Source of the DNA: a virus
Taxonomy: Duplodnaviria; Caudoviricetes
Strand: one strand, 5' to 3'
Length of the DNA stretch: 64,000 nucleotides
Virus record (IMG/VR): IMGVR_UViG_3300033120_000845
Span: 1-64,000 of that record
In this document: one piece after another, positions 47,104 through 55,824 of the stretch
Numbering within the stretch: position 1 is the stretch's first letter
Layout: each line of letters opens with the position of its first letter
Program-made: the position numbers and the translations under genes
The notes under the pieces: model-generated
Told to the model about the DNA's origin: nothing
The model's database searches: none
The model's input: the letters and a program-made list of their open reading frames with translations, nothing else

Positions 47104-49344
47104 ATGAGTGGAATTCACAGTCCTATTAGTAGAGACTTCTTTACATTAAACGGTGCGGTTCGTACTTCAGGTGGTTCTAAGAACTTAGCTAAAGGAGAAT
47201 TTGCCGTGGTAAATAAAAACAAACCTACAGCAGATGGTGCTGCCGTTATTGGTAGTTTCGCAGGTTTACCAAAATCTACTGTATATGAGCTACGATTAGG
47301 AAAATCACCTGTAGCAGAAGTAAGAAGTGGGGATACATCAAATCCTTATGCATCTCATACATTTACAATTGAGGATGTAAAAGACATTAGAGTTTCTGCA
47401 CCAAAAGTAAAAAATCAAAAATTCGATAGTTATATTATTGGATATGATGGAATTAACGCAGATTCTGCAATTGTAGTTAATGAAGGAGCATCAACAGTTA
47501 TTGATTTAGTTCTTTATGGAGATGCAATTCGTTGGATTAACCCTGCTGATAAATACGGAGAATATAAAGTAAAACTTCACTTTAACAAAGAAGTTGGACA
47601 AACTGACCAAGAAGTAGTTAGAGCTGCGGTTAAAAGATTGCAAGCTGAGAGATTTCCAACACAAGTTCCTTTAACAGACTTTGTAGACATTAAATTAGTT
47701 GATAGTTCACATACAGCAGATTCAGGAACATTATACAATTTCTCAACGTTAACTTTAACTGACGCAGGAGATTCTAATTCATTAGCATTAGTTCAAGCTC
47801 AATATCCAACATATAAAGTACAAAGAACAGGTAGAGTAGGTTTAGTATCTACTTACAGCATCTTAGCTCCTGCTTCAGTATCTTTATCGGCTTATTCAGT
47901 TTCTATTCCTTCTTACATTAAAGATTGTGCAGACTGTTTAGCAGGATATAGTGCACTTACAGGAGGAGTAGTTTACTCAGTATCTATTGAAGATGACGGT
48001 GTAGATTTAACAACCACTGTAGATGACCTTCCGGGATTTGTAACAGGTTCGGCAGTAAAAATTGGACAAGACGTTAATAACAACGGTAGAGGATTATATT
48101 CTTTAGTTTTAGACAATGCTTTAACAGATGCTGAAATTACAACTTTCTTAACAGCTTCGGCGGTAAAAGGAACAGCAACAATTAAGTTTGTTGGAACAGT
48201 TGAGGCAGTTTGTTCAAACGCTACAACTACAAAAACTGCTTGGGTAACTGATAATACTTGTTATGCTTCAATTGAGCAATATAAAATTCAATTGAAAGAT
48301 ACAGATTGTGATGGAAGTCAGCTTACTAAATTACAAGCAGCTTATCCTCAATTAACAATTGAAGAAGGAGTACCTGATGGAACAGCTACTCAAACAATTA
48401 CATTATCAGGTGTTTCAGGAAATGCTTCAGTTATCATTAATGGTGTAACTTATACAACAGCGTTCAACGCAGATTTAACAACTACGGCAGCAGATTTCGT
48501 AACAGCACATGCATCAGCTATTTTAGCAGACACAGGAATTGTAGTTACTTCAGCTTTAGCAGTTATCACTTTAACAGGTGATGCAGTAGGCTTCCCATCA
48601 GTGGTAGCAGTAGCGGGAGGTTTAACAGAAGCGGTTTCAGCTTTAGACTTAGTAACAGATGCATCAACAGGGGGATGTCAGAGAGTATATTCAACTTCTG
48701 TAGTAACAGATGTAATGTGCGCAGATTGTGACCCAATCTTCACTTCATTATGGACAGCTACAGCACCTGCCGATTATGATTTTATTCCTTGGACTAAAGT
48801 AGTACCAGCTTCTGATGCAACAGCTAAAATGGGTATCTTAATTACAGGTAAACCTTTTATCTTAGACCCTGCTGAAGCGTTGCGTGACCAAATGCCTTTC
48901 ATGGAAACTTCTGTAAGATTTAAAATTGCAGGTGGTTATATTGAAGAGCCTAACTGGTCTAACGAGCCTGTTTACGATAATGGATTGTTTAAAGTAAAAC
49001 AATTATCTCGTGCGGAAGATAGAGACCACTTAGGAGGACATCTAAGATATAGAGAAGACATGTCAATGGTTTATTTCAATGGTATTCCACGTCACAGAAA
49101 CAACTTAGTTGCTAAAGCAGTTTTAGGTGAAGAGTCTGTATTGGATGCAAGAAAACAATATGTAGATTATACAATTGTAATCAAAGACAATAAGTACTCT
49201 CAAGGTGTTGGTAAATCTTCTGATATGGGTATCGCTTATATTGTTCACGCGGAAGTAGGTAAACATACAGCTATTGAAGCATTGATTAACAAAGTTGCAG
49301 CGAAAGCAGGTTTGGACGCAGTTCAGGCATTCGCAAACGTTTAA
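47104..49344 (+). CDS. abundant structural protein (auxiliary capsid-like, with inserted beta-rich domains)
   Basis: 746 aa, Ala/Thr/Val-rich, highly expressed codon bias, followed by a terminator. Confidence 0.7.
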   Translation: MSGIHSPISRDFFTLNGAVRTSGGSKNLAKGEFAVVNKNKPTADGAAVIGSFAGLPKSTVYELRLGKSPVAEVRSGDTSNPYASHTFTIEDVKDIRVSAPKVKNQKFDSYIIGYDGINADSAIVVNEGASTVIDLVLYGDAIRWINPADKYGEYKVKLHFNKEVGQTDQEVVRAAVKRLQAERFPTQVPLTDFVDIKLVDSSHTADSGTLYNFSTLTLTDAGDSNSLALVQAQYPTYKVQRTGRVGLVSTYSILAPASVSLSAYSVSIPSYIKDCADCLAGYSALTGGVVYSVSIEDDGVDLTTTVDDLPGFVTGSAVKIGQDVNNNGRGLYSLVLDNALTDAEITTFLTASAVKGTATIKFVGTVEAVCSNATTTKTAWVTDNTCYASIEQYKIQLKDTDCDGSQLTKLQAAYPQLTIEEGVPDGTATQTITLSGVSGNASVIINGVTYTTAFNADLTTTAADFVTAHASAILADTGIVVTSALAVITLTGDAVGFPSVVAVAGGLTEAVSALDLVTDASTGGCQRVYSTSVVTDVMCADCDPIFTSLWTATAPADYDFIPWTKVVPASDATAKMGILITGKPFILDPAEALRDQMPFMETSVRFKIAGGYIEEPNWSNEPVYDNGLFKVKQLSRAEDRDHLGGHLRYREDMSMVYFNGIPRHRNNLVAKAVLGEESVLDARKQYVDYTIVIKDNKYSQGVGKSSDMGIAYIVHAEVGKHTAIEALINKVAAKAGLDAVQAFANV

Positions 49345-49356
49345 CATTAAAAATAT

Positions 49357-49386
49357 GGGAGGGTGTAAAAATCCCTCCCTACTTTT
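49357..49386 (+). terminator. intrinsic terminator
   Basis: GGGAGGG-tgtaaaaat-CCCTCCC-tacTTTT. Confidence 0.7.
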
Positions 49387-49404
49387 AAAATATGAAACCA
49401 AAAC

Positions 49405-49911
49405 ATGTCGGAACAACACCGCGAACCCCAAAACCTAAGAAACCAAAAAAATAAGATAATATTAATAATTACTTTTTTAATAGCCATTGTCGGGTATTCT
49501 TTATGGGAACATCTACAACAACTATTAGAAATGTTTTTAACGAAAGAAGAAGCTGAAATAAAAGCAGTAAATTTCTTTTTCTTATGTATAGAGCTTGCTT
49601 TTGTAGGATATACATTTGTAATAAAAGAATTGATTAAAAATGACGAAGATAAATATTTCAAATACATTTCTGAATTTATATTCTGCACTACTGTCGCAAC
49701 AGTTATTGACAGGATTTTTGGAGACCCTTATACTGTTTCTTTCTATGATTACCTTATATTTTTCATAAATATATTATTAACCTTCAGATGGAAGATTATA
49801 GAATTACTACATTGGAACAAAAGATTGATAATTTTGAGGAAAAAATTGACAACTTTGAAGATAAAATTGACAGTCTTGAAATTAAACTTGATAAGATACT
49901 TTTCTACATGA
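49405..49911 (+). CDS. multi-TM membrane protein (lysis module)
   Basis: About 4 hydrophobic helices, upstream of the endolysin. Confidence 0.6.
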   Translation: MSEQHREPQNLRNQKNKIILIITFLIAIVGYSLWEHLQQLLEMFLTKEEAEIKAVNFFFLCIELAFVGYTFVIKELIKNDEDKYFKYISEFIFCTTVATVIDRIFGDPYTVSFYDYLIFFINILLTFRWKIIELLHWNKRLIILRKKLTTLKIKLTVLKLNLIRYFST

Positions 49912-50099
49912 ACAATGACCCACAAACGGGTAAAAAAGGCGTAATAGCTGAAATGGAAGATTTAAAGAAAACTATTTCAGAATTACTTACTCGCGAAAAA
50001 GTATATCAAGCAAAGGCGAGTGTATACGGAGTAGTTGGAGGTGCATTAGTTATAGTAGCAGGTAAAGTCATAGCGTTTTTAATACCCTTTATAAAATGA
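49788..50099 (+). CDS. holin-like protein (coiled coil plus C-terminal TM)
   Basis: Heptad repeats, then VYGVVGGALVIVAGKVIAFLIPFI. Confidence 0.6.
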   Translation: MEDYRITTLEQKIDNFEEKIDNFEDKIDSLEIKLDKILFYMNNDPQTGKKGVIAEMEDLKKTISELLTREKVYQAKASVYGVVGGALVIVAGKVIAFLIPFIK

Positions 50100-50350
50100 A
50101 AAAGCTCATACAAACAATACTTAACGACACACTAAAATCACCAAATGGAAAATTTAGTAGGAAATCTCTAACTATGTTTGTTTCATTTGGAATGTCAGTT
50201 TTATTAGGAGGGTATATGGTCTACATAAGACCACAAGACGGAGTACAAATCTTTTATGGATTTTTAGCTTTAGGCGGTGGAATAACAGGTATGAGTATCT
50301 ATGATAAGTATAAAAACGGCGGACAAAATAAAGAAGAAATAAATGGATGA
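50096..50350 (+). CDS. putative holin (2 TM)
   Basis: GKFSRK followed by two TM helices; directly upstream of the endolysin. Confidence 0.65.
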   Translation: MKKLIQTILNDTLKSPNGKFSRKSLTMFVSFGMSVLLGGYMVYIRPQDGVQIFYGFLALGGGITGMSIYDKYKNGGQNKEEING

Positions 50351-50873
50351 GATTTCGCTAAAGCGTGCGCAGGAAGCACACCCCAAGATTAGACAAAAAC
50401 TGATTGACACGTATATTAAAGCAAATAATAAATTAGGTAAAGGGTGTAGATTAAGATTATCTTATGTATACCGTTCACCTGAAGAACAGGATGCTTTATA
50501 CGAACAAGGAAGAACAACGAAAGGTTCTAAAGTTACAAATAGTAAGGCTTGGCAAAGTATACATCAATATTGTTTAGCATTAGATATTGTATTGCTTTAT
50601 GATAAAGATGGCGATGGTAAATTTGAAGAAGTTTCGTGGGATATGAAAAGAGACCAAGATAAAGACGGAGTTGCAGATTGGCTCGAAGTGACAAAAGTAT
50701 TTTTAGAAGCGGGGTTTACAAACGGATTTATATCTAAGGGTAAAAAATGGGATTTTCCGCATTTTCAAATTGATTTTGGTTTATCATGGAAACAAATGAA
50801 AGCAAAAATTGATGGTGGAGAATATACAGAGGAAATACAAAACGGCAAAAAAATTAAATACATAAAAATATAA
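50343..50873 (+). CDS. endolysin, M15 family L-Ala-D-Glu peptidase
   Basis: YRSPEEQDALYEQGRT..VTN..QSIHQY.LALD..WDFPHFQ. Confidence 0.9.
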   Translation: MDEISLKRAQEAHPKIRQKLIDTYIKANNKLGKGCRLRLSYVYRSPEEQDALYEQGRTTKGSKVTNSKAWQSIHQYCLALDIVLLYDKDGDGKFEEVSWDMKRDQDKDGVADWLEVTKVFLEAGFTNGFISKGKKWDFPHFQIDFGLSWKQMKAKIDGGEYTEEIQNGKKIKYIKI

Positions 50874-50874
50874 A

Positions 50875-51396
50875 ATGGCAACTTACGACTATTCAAAATT
50901 CACTCTAATAGAATTAATCAAAAAAATAGGTAATTCAAGATATTGGAATCTTCCTAAAATGTTAGAGGAAGTTTTAATGAAACTTAACAATAAAGAAAAT
51001 GCCGCAAATAAAGTTTATAGAGCTTCTATAACACAAACAGGAACTAATCCTCCTGTAGCTATAGTTTTAGAAAATAATACAGGTAGAGAAATATCTTATC
51101 TCTACGATTCACAAGGGTTTTATATAGTCAATGTAAGCGGAGATTATGATTTAAATAAGATATTTATAAGTCTATCTTGTATTGAGGAGTTTTCAGATGG
51201 ATATATAACAGATGTAGAAGTTTTAGGACAAACGGGTAAGTCACAAGTAAAAACAATATATGCATATACATACCCTAATCATATTTGGATAGAAAATGGA
51301 TACAGATACGCAGATGATACAGGGGGATTAAAACTATATTTTGCAGACTCTGTTATGGATAAACCTGTTATGGTTACAATAGAAATCTTTGAATAA
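50875..51396 (+). CDS. structural protein, paralogue of 60070..60510
   Basis: Shared DYxKxT...LPxM and KVY.A.(I/L)TQTGT..PVA.VLEN motifs. Confidence 0.7.
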   Translation: MATYDYSKFTLIELIKKIGNSRYWNLPKMLEEVLMKLNNKENAANKVYRASITQTGTNPPVAIVLENNTGREISYLYDSQGFYIVNVSGDYDLNKIFISLSCIEEFSDGYITDVEVLGQTGKSQVKTIYAYTYPNHIWIENGYRYADDTGGLKLYFADSVMDKPVMVTIEIFE

Positions 51397-51398
51397 AT

Positions 51399-51965
51399 AT
51401 GGCAACAGTAGGAACAATAAATATTAATTTTGATACCTTTTCAAATAGCCCCTTATACTTAGCTGTCATTGATTTATCAGAATGGCTCTATTCAGAAGAC
51501 AAACCCTCATATATAGAAATTACTGTTCCGGGCTCTAAAAAACCAAAGAGATTTTCTTTTAAGAAATATAAAACAAATATTTTCAATTCTCATAATTTAG
51601 GACTCAGCTGTTTGAGAGGAGATTGTACTGAAGAAACTTATGTTGACCTTCCTGACGGTATCTACACAATTAAATTAATGTCAGGATTTGAAGGAATTGA
51701 TGAAACAAAGTACTACCTAAAGACAGACAGATTTGAGATTGAATATCAAAAAGTTTTAATAGCTTATGGTACAAATGTAGACCAAAATTTTATAAACTTT
51801 ATGACTAAAGTGAAATATATTTTGGATGTAGCTAAATCTCACACTATGAATGGTAATTTTGTTGATTCACATAAGTACTTTCAAGAAGCTAAGAAACTTT
51901 TAAAGAGATTTGCAGAATGCAAAGATTGTCTCGGAGGCTCTGAAAAACATCATCATAAATATTAA
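51399..51965 (+). CDS. putative tail/collar structural protein
   Basis: 188 aa with LPDGIYTI; structural-module context. Confidence 0.6.
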   Translation: MATVGTININFDTFSNSPLYLAVIDLSEWLYSEDKPSYIEITVPGSKKPKRFSFKKYKTNIFNSHNLGLSCLRGDCTEETYVDLPDGIYTIKLMSGFEGIDETKYYLKTDRFEIEYQKVLIAYGTNVDQNFINFMTKVKYILDVAKSHTMNGNFVDSHKYFQEAKKLLKRFAECKDCLGGSEKHHHKY

Positions 51966-51976
51966 AAGAATAAGTA

Positions 51977-52309
51977 GTGGCTGGACAGAACCAAATAAAA
52001 CAGTACAACCAAGAAACACTATTCAATAAGTATAATAAAGAGCTTATGAATCAAGTGAAGATGTGGTATATAGAAGACAAGTTCGCCATAAAAACTGATT
52101 ATGACGAATATAAGACTTTAGAAACATTTCTTTTTAAAGAATTATATGCAACAGAAGATTGCGAAGTAAAAAAGTTTCTAAGAAAAAAATTCAGAGGGGC
52201 TTTAGATAAAAATATAAAAATTGTAGATTTAAAATCACTACAAACAGAACACAGGGATATTAATAATTATTTTTATTCCGCAGCAAATTACGAAACAGTA
52301 GAGTTTTAA
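51977..52309 (+). CDS. hypothetical protein
   Basis: 110 aa, GTG start. Confidence 0.6.
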   Translation: MAGQNQIKQYNQETLFNKYNKELMNQVKMWYIEDKFAIKTDYDEYKTLETFLFKELYATEDCEVKKFLRKKFRGALDKNIKIVDLKSLQTEHRDINNYFYSAANYETVEF

Positions 52310-52312
52310 AAA

Positions 52313-54451
52313 ATGACAGATATACCTATTAAAATACAATTTGTAAAGGCTTTATCCAATTTAAAGCCAAATAGGTTAATTGTCAAAAAAGCTGACAATG
52401 AATCCGTTTTTTCATTATTTATAACAGATAAAAACTCGCTTCCTTTTTCCATAAAAGACAATACTTCCATAGGTTCGGGAATACAAACTTTAATCAATAT
52501 TGATGGCACTTTATCTATAACAAGTGGATTAAATAAAGTTATTAATATTTCACCTACCACAATGGCTGTAATAAACTCAGCTTTACAAAGTGGGGATAAT
52601 ATATCAACACTTAATAATAATGTTGGATATATTACTTTAGCGGATTTACCTGATACAAAAGCCGAATTTAATTCCCTGTTATCAGATGGTAATTTTTTAT
52701 TTGAAAACGATATTTTTCAATATACAGATGAACAAGCTCAAGACGCTGTAGGAGGCATATTAACAGACACAGCTACAATTGATTTAAGTTATAATGACTT
52801 AACAAATCAAATTTCAGCAACTGTACAAGCCAATTCCATTACTGCAAATGAACTTTCCGATACAATAAATATTAGCGAGTTTGTAAATGATGAAAATTTT
52901 GTCACAGGAACTAACTTAACAACTACACATAATAGTACAAATGTTATAGTGAATTCTGATAATGGAACAGATGCAACAATTAGTCTTGCCAACGGAATAA
53001 CAGCAGGAGTATCAGAAAACAACTTTACTTCCGCAGAAAAAGCTAATTTAGCCAATCAATCAGGAGTAAATAGTGGTGACCAAACGAGTATAGTTGGTAT
53101 AACAGGCACAAAAGCCCAGTTCAACACTGCTGTAACAGACGGAGATATTTTATATGTAGGAGACATAACTCAATATACAAATGAAGATGCTCAAGATGCT
53201 GTCGGTAATATCTTAACTAATAGTAGCACAATAGATTTCACTTATAGTGACGGAGGGAACACAATTTCAGCAAGTGTAAAACCAAACTCAATCACTGCAT
53301 CTGAATTAGCAAACACTATAAATGTCTCAGAGTTTACAAATGACTCTAACTATATTAATCACGCTGATTTATCTGTTACACATAATCCATCAAACGTTGT
53401 TGTTAACTCGGATGTAGGAGCAGATGGTACAATCAACTTAGGTAACGGCACTACTGCGGGGGTAAGTTTAAATAACTACACAACAGCAGAGAAAACAAAG
53501 CTAGCAGGAATTGAAGCAGGAATTACAATTAAAAATACCGACATTTTATCGAGCGTATTAACAACAAAAGACGCGGACGGATTTGTCGCTTATATTAACG
53601 CTTTACCAAGTTCTTTTGCTGTTGCTTCAAACGAAATTCAATACTATTCGATTACGGATATAGGCATGAAATTCATGTTTAAATTAAACGGTCGGTCTTT
53701 CGGTGGTTCTGAGCCGGATATTACTACAATTGATGTACTTCAATTTGGATTGGACTATTTCGATAATCATTTTTTTAAAGATTACCAAGTGCAATCAAGG
53801 GGCGATGCAACATTAACAACAATTGGGGCTACTGCATTATCAGCAACAGGAACGGCAGCGAATATTGTGGGCGGAAGTGGTATTTATGCAAATATCACAC
53901 ATAAAACAGGAGTTACAAGCGCGACGGCAACAGCAGGGAGTTCGTGCGGGTATAGAGAAGGAAGTTTCAAACCATTCAATTTTACGCTTGGTTTTAAGAT
54001 TAATTTTAAATTTGCTAATTCAGACGCTGCAACCGTATCCGATGCTCGTTGTTTTGTTGGATGTTACCTCAGCAATTCACAAATAGGTAATGTAAATCCT
54101 TCGACATTGCTTAATATGTTTGGTATTGGGTCTGATAATGGCGAAACGAACTTTTCAATTATGCATAACGACGGTAGTGGAACAGCGACAAAAATACCAT
54201 TAGGCATAAACTTCCCCGCCAATACTTCTAAAGTAGACGTTTATTCTGTGACATTTTGGGTTTACCCCGGAACGACAACTCTATATTACGAAGTTAAACG
54301 AGAAAATACAGGGCATATCGCAAGCGGTAAAATTACCACTGATATTAACACATCCGCAGTTTTCGCGCCTCATTTTTTCAGAAACAATGGATCGACAGCA
54401 TTGGCGGTAAATCAAACATTCATTTCATTAATAGCAAAACTACCATTCTAA
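52313..54451 (+). CDS. tail fibre protein with internal 151-aa-period duplication
   Basis: Thr/Asn/Ser-rich; repeat units start at 52655 and 53108; AEKTKLAGIEAG fibre motif; beta-rich C-terminal head. Confidence 0.8.
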   Translation: MTDIPIKIQFVKALSNLKPNRLIVKKADNESVFSLFITDKNSLPFSIKDNTSIGSGIQTLINIDGTLSITSGLNKVINISPTTMAVINSALQSGDNISTLNNNVGYITLADLPDTKAEFNSLLSDGNFLFENDIFQYTDEQAQDAVGGILTDTATIDLSYNDLTNQISATVQANSITANELSDTINISEFVNDENFVTGTNLTTTHNSTNVIVNSDNGTDATISLANGITAGVSENNFTSAEKANLANQSGVNSGDQTSIVGITGTKAQFNTAVTDGDILYVGDITQYTNEDAQDAVGNILTNSSTIDFTYSDGGNTISASVKPNSITASELANTINVSEFTNDSNYINHADLSVTHNPSNVVVNSDVGADGTINLGNGTTAGVSLNNYTTAEKTKLAGIEAGITIKNTDILSSVLTTKDADGFVAYINALPSSFAVASNEIQYYSITDIGMKFMFKLNGRSFGGSEPDITTIDVLQFGLDYFDNHFFKDYQVQSRGDATLTTIGATALSATGTAANIVGGSGIYANITHKTGVTSATATAGSSCGYREGSFKPFNFTLGFKINFKFANSDAATVSDARCFVGCYLSNSQIGNVNPSTLLNMFGIGSDNGETNFSIMHNDGSGTATKIPLGINFPANTSKVDVYSVTFWVYPGTTTLYYEVKRENTGHIASGKITTDINTSAVFAPHFFRNNGSTALAVNQTFISLIAKLPF

Positions 54452-54452
54452 T

Positions 54453-54959
54453 ATGTATCAGATTTCTAATTATAGCGGAAAAATAAAACACGTTCCAAGT
54501 GGTATCGTGTTTTTAAATGATTCAACAGATATTAATTATCCTGATTATTTAGAATGGCTACAATCGGGCAACAGTCCTGAAATGATTGATTTCTTTGAAG
54601 GTGAAGAAGCGGAGAAAACTGCCTTAGATAAACTATCGATAGAAACAGCAAAATACATTCAGCGTTCAAATGATGGGCGCGATGCATACGCAAAAATAAG
54701 TGCTGAGTTTCGTTTAGCTAAACTATATGGACAGATAACCGAAGAAGCTCACGCAATTGTCGAAAAGATACTTATTCCGGTCAGAAATGAAATTTTAGCC
54801 GGGCAATGGATAAGTGGACAAAATGAACTTGTTTTAATTGGTTCTTCGGTAATAGGTCAGCAATTATACGATAGACTTTATAATCAAATGGATGCTTACA
54901 TTCAAGTAAGCTATACAGTAGATGAAATAAATTCCAACAAATCAATTATCAAAAAATAA
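54453..54959 (+). CDS. putative tail fibre assembly chaperone
   Basis: DYLEWLQSGNSPE motif typical of fibre-associated proteins; directly after the fibre gene. Confidence 0.55.
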   Translation: MYQISNYSGKIKHVPSGIVFLNDSTDINYPDYLEWLQSGNSPEMIDFFEGEEAEKTALDKLSIETAKYIQRSNDGRDAYAKISAEFRLAKLYGQITEEAHAIVEKILIPVRNEILAGQWISGQNELVLIGSSVIGQQLYDRLYNQMDAYIQVSYTVDEINSNKSIIKK

Positions 54960-55147
54960 TTGTAATTATGGGATAATATAGTAGTAGCTGAGACTGGAAT
55001 TTTAGACGCATTAACTTCCTCCATTCATTTAAAAGATAATATATTACAAAGACTTGTAGAATTTACTTTCATACAATTAGAACAAGAAACAAATACAAAT
55101 TATGCAACTACTGTAAGCGATTGGGAATTAGTAATAGAATAAAAAAC

Positions 55148-55585
55148 ATGAAAAATTGTAATAAAGAAAAACATACCTGTGGCGAAGCAGTTTCTTTCGC
55201 AACCTGCATTTCGTATGAAACAGCACTTCCCGATTTTTCTGAAATTGGAAATTGCCCAGATTTAGATGCCACCACAGCAGAATTATATGAATTAGTCGGT
55301 GACATAAGAGAACAGATTGATTTAACGACATTAGCTGAATCTTGTTTAGAATACATAAAAGATGCAGAAGAAAGAATAGTTGTAAAGAATGTTCTTTTAA
55401 AACACCAAGAAGAGATTTGCGCATTAAAAACAAAAGTAGAGGAATTAGAGAACAGACCTTTATGTAACTTACCTTTAGGAGATTGCATTGATACAAAATG
55501 TTTAACCGATGCATGTAACAATACTATAAATACTTGGGGTGAGTTAGCACAAGCCCTTATAGATAATGCTTGTCCAACACCTTAA
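55148..55585 (+). CDS. Cys-rich structural protein
   Basis: ATG at 55148 (MKNCNK); Cys-rich with a coiled coil. Confidence 0.7.
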   Translation: MKNCNKEKHTCGEAVSFATCISYETALPDFSEIGNCPDLDATTAELYELVGDIREQIDLTTLAESCLEYIKDAEERIVVKNVLLKHQEEICALKTKVEELENRPLCNLPLGDCIDTKCLTDACNNTINTWGELAQALIDNACPTP

Positions 55586-55597
55586 AAATAATAAAAT

Positions 55598-55822
55598 ATG
55601 TCAATACCTTGCAATTTAAGCACCCCTACGGTCTTTGAACAGGATGAATGTATGGGGGAAAGAAAATCGGCAGCGTGTGTCAACGATACAACAGCCTATG
55701 TTGAATTATCATTGCCTCCCAATTCAACACAACAACAAATTAATCAAGCCTTATACACGGCTTTTTTAAACCTAAAAGCAACAGTAGAGAACTTACAGCA
55801 ACAGATATATAATTTACCATAA
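55598..55822 (+). CDS. small Cys-containing coiled-coil protein
   Basis: 74 aa. Confidence 0.65.
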   Translation: MSIPCNLSTPTVFEQDECMGERKSAACVNDTTAYVELSLPPNSTQQQINQALYTAFLNLKATVENLQQQIYNLP

Positions 55823-55824
55823 AT

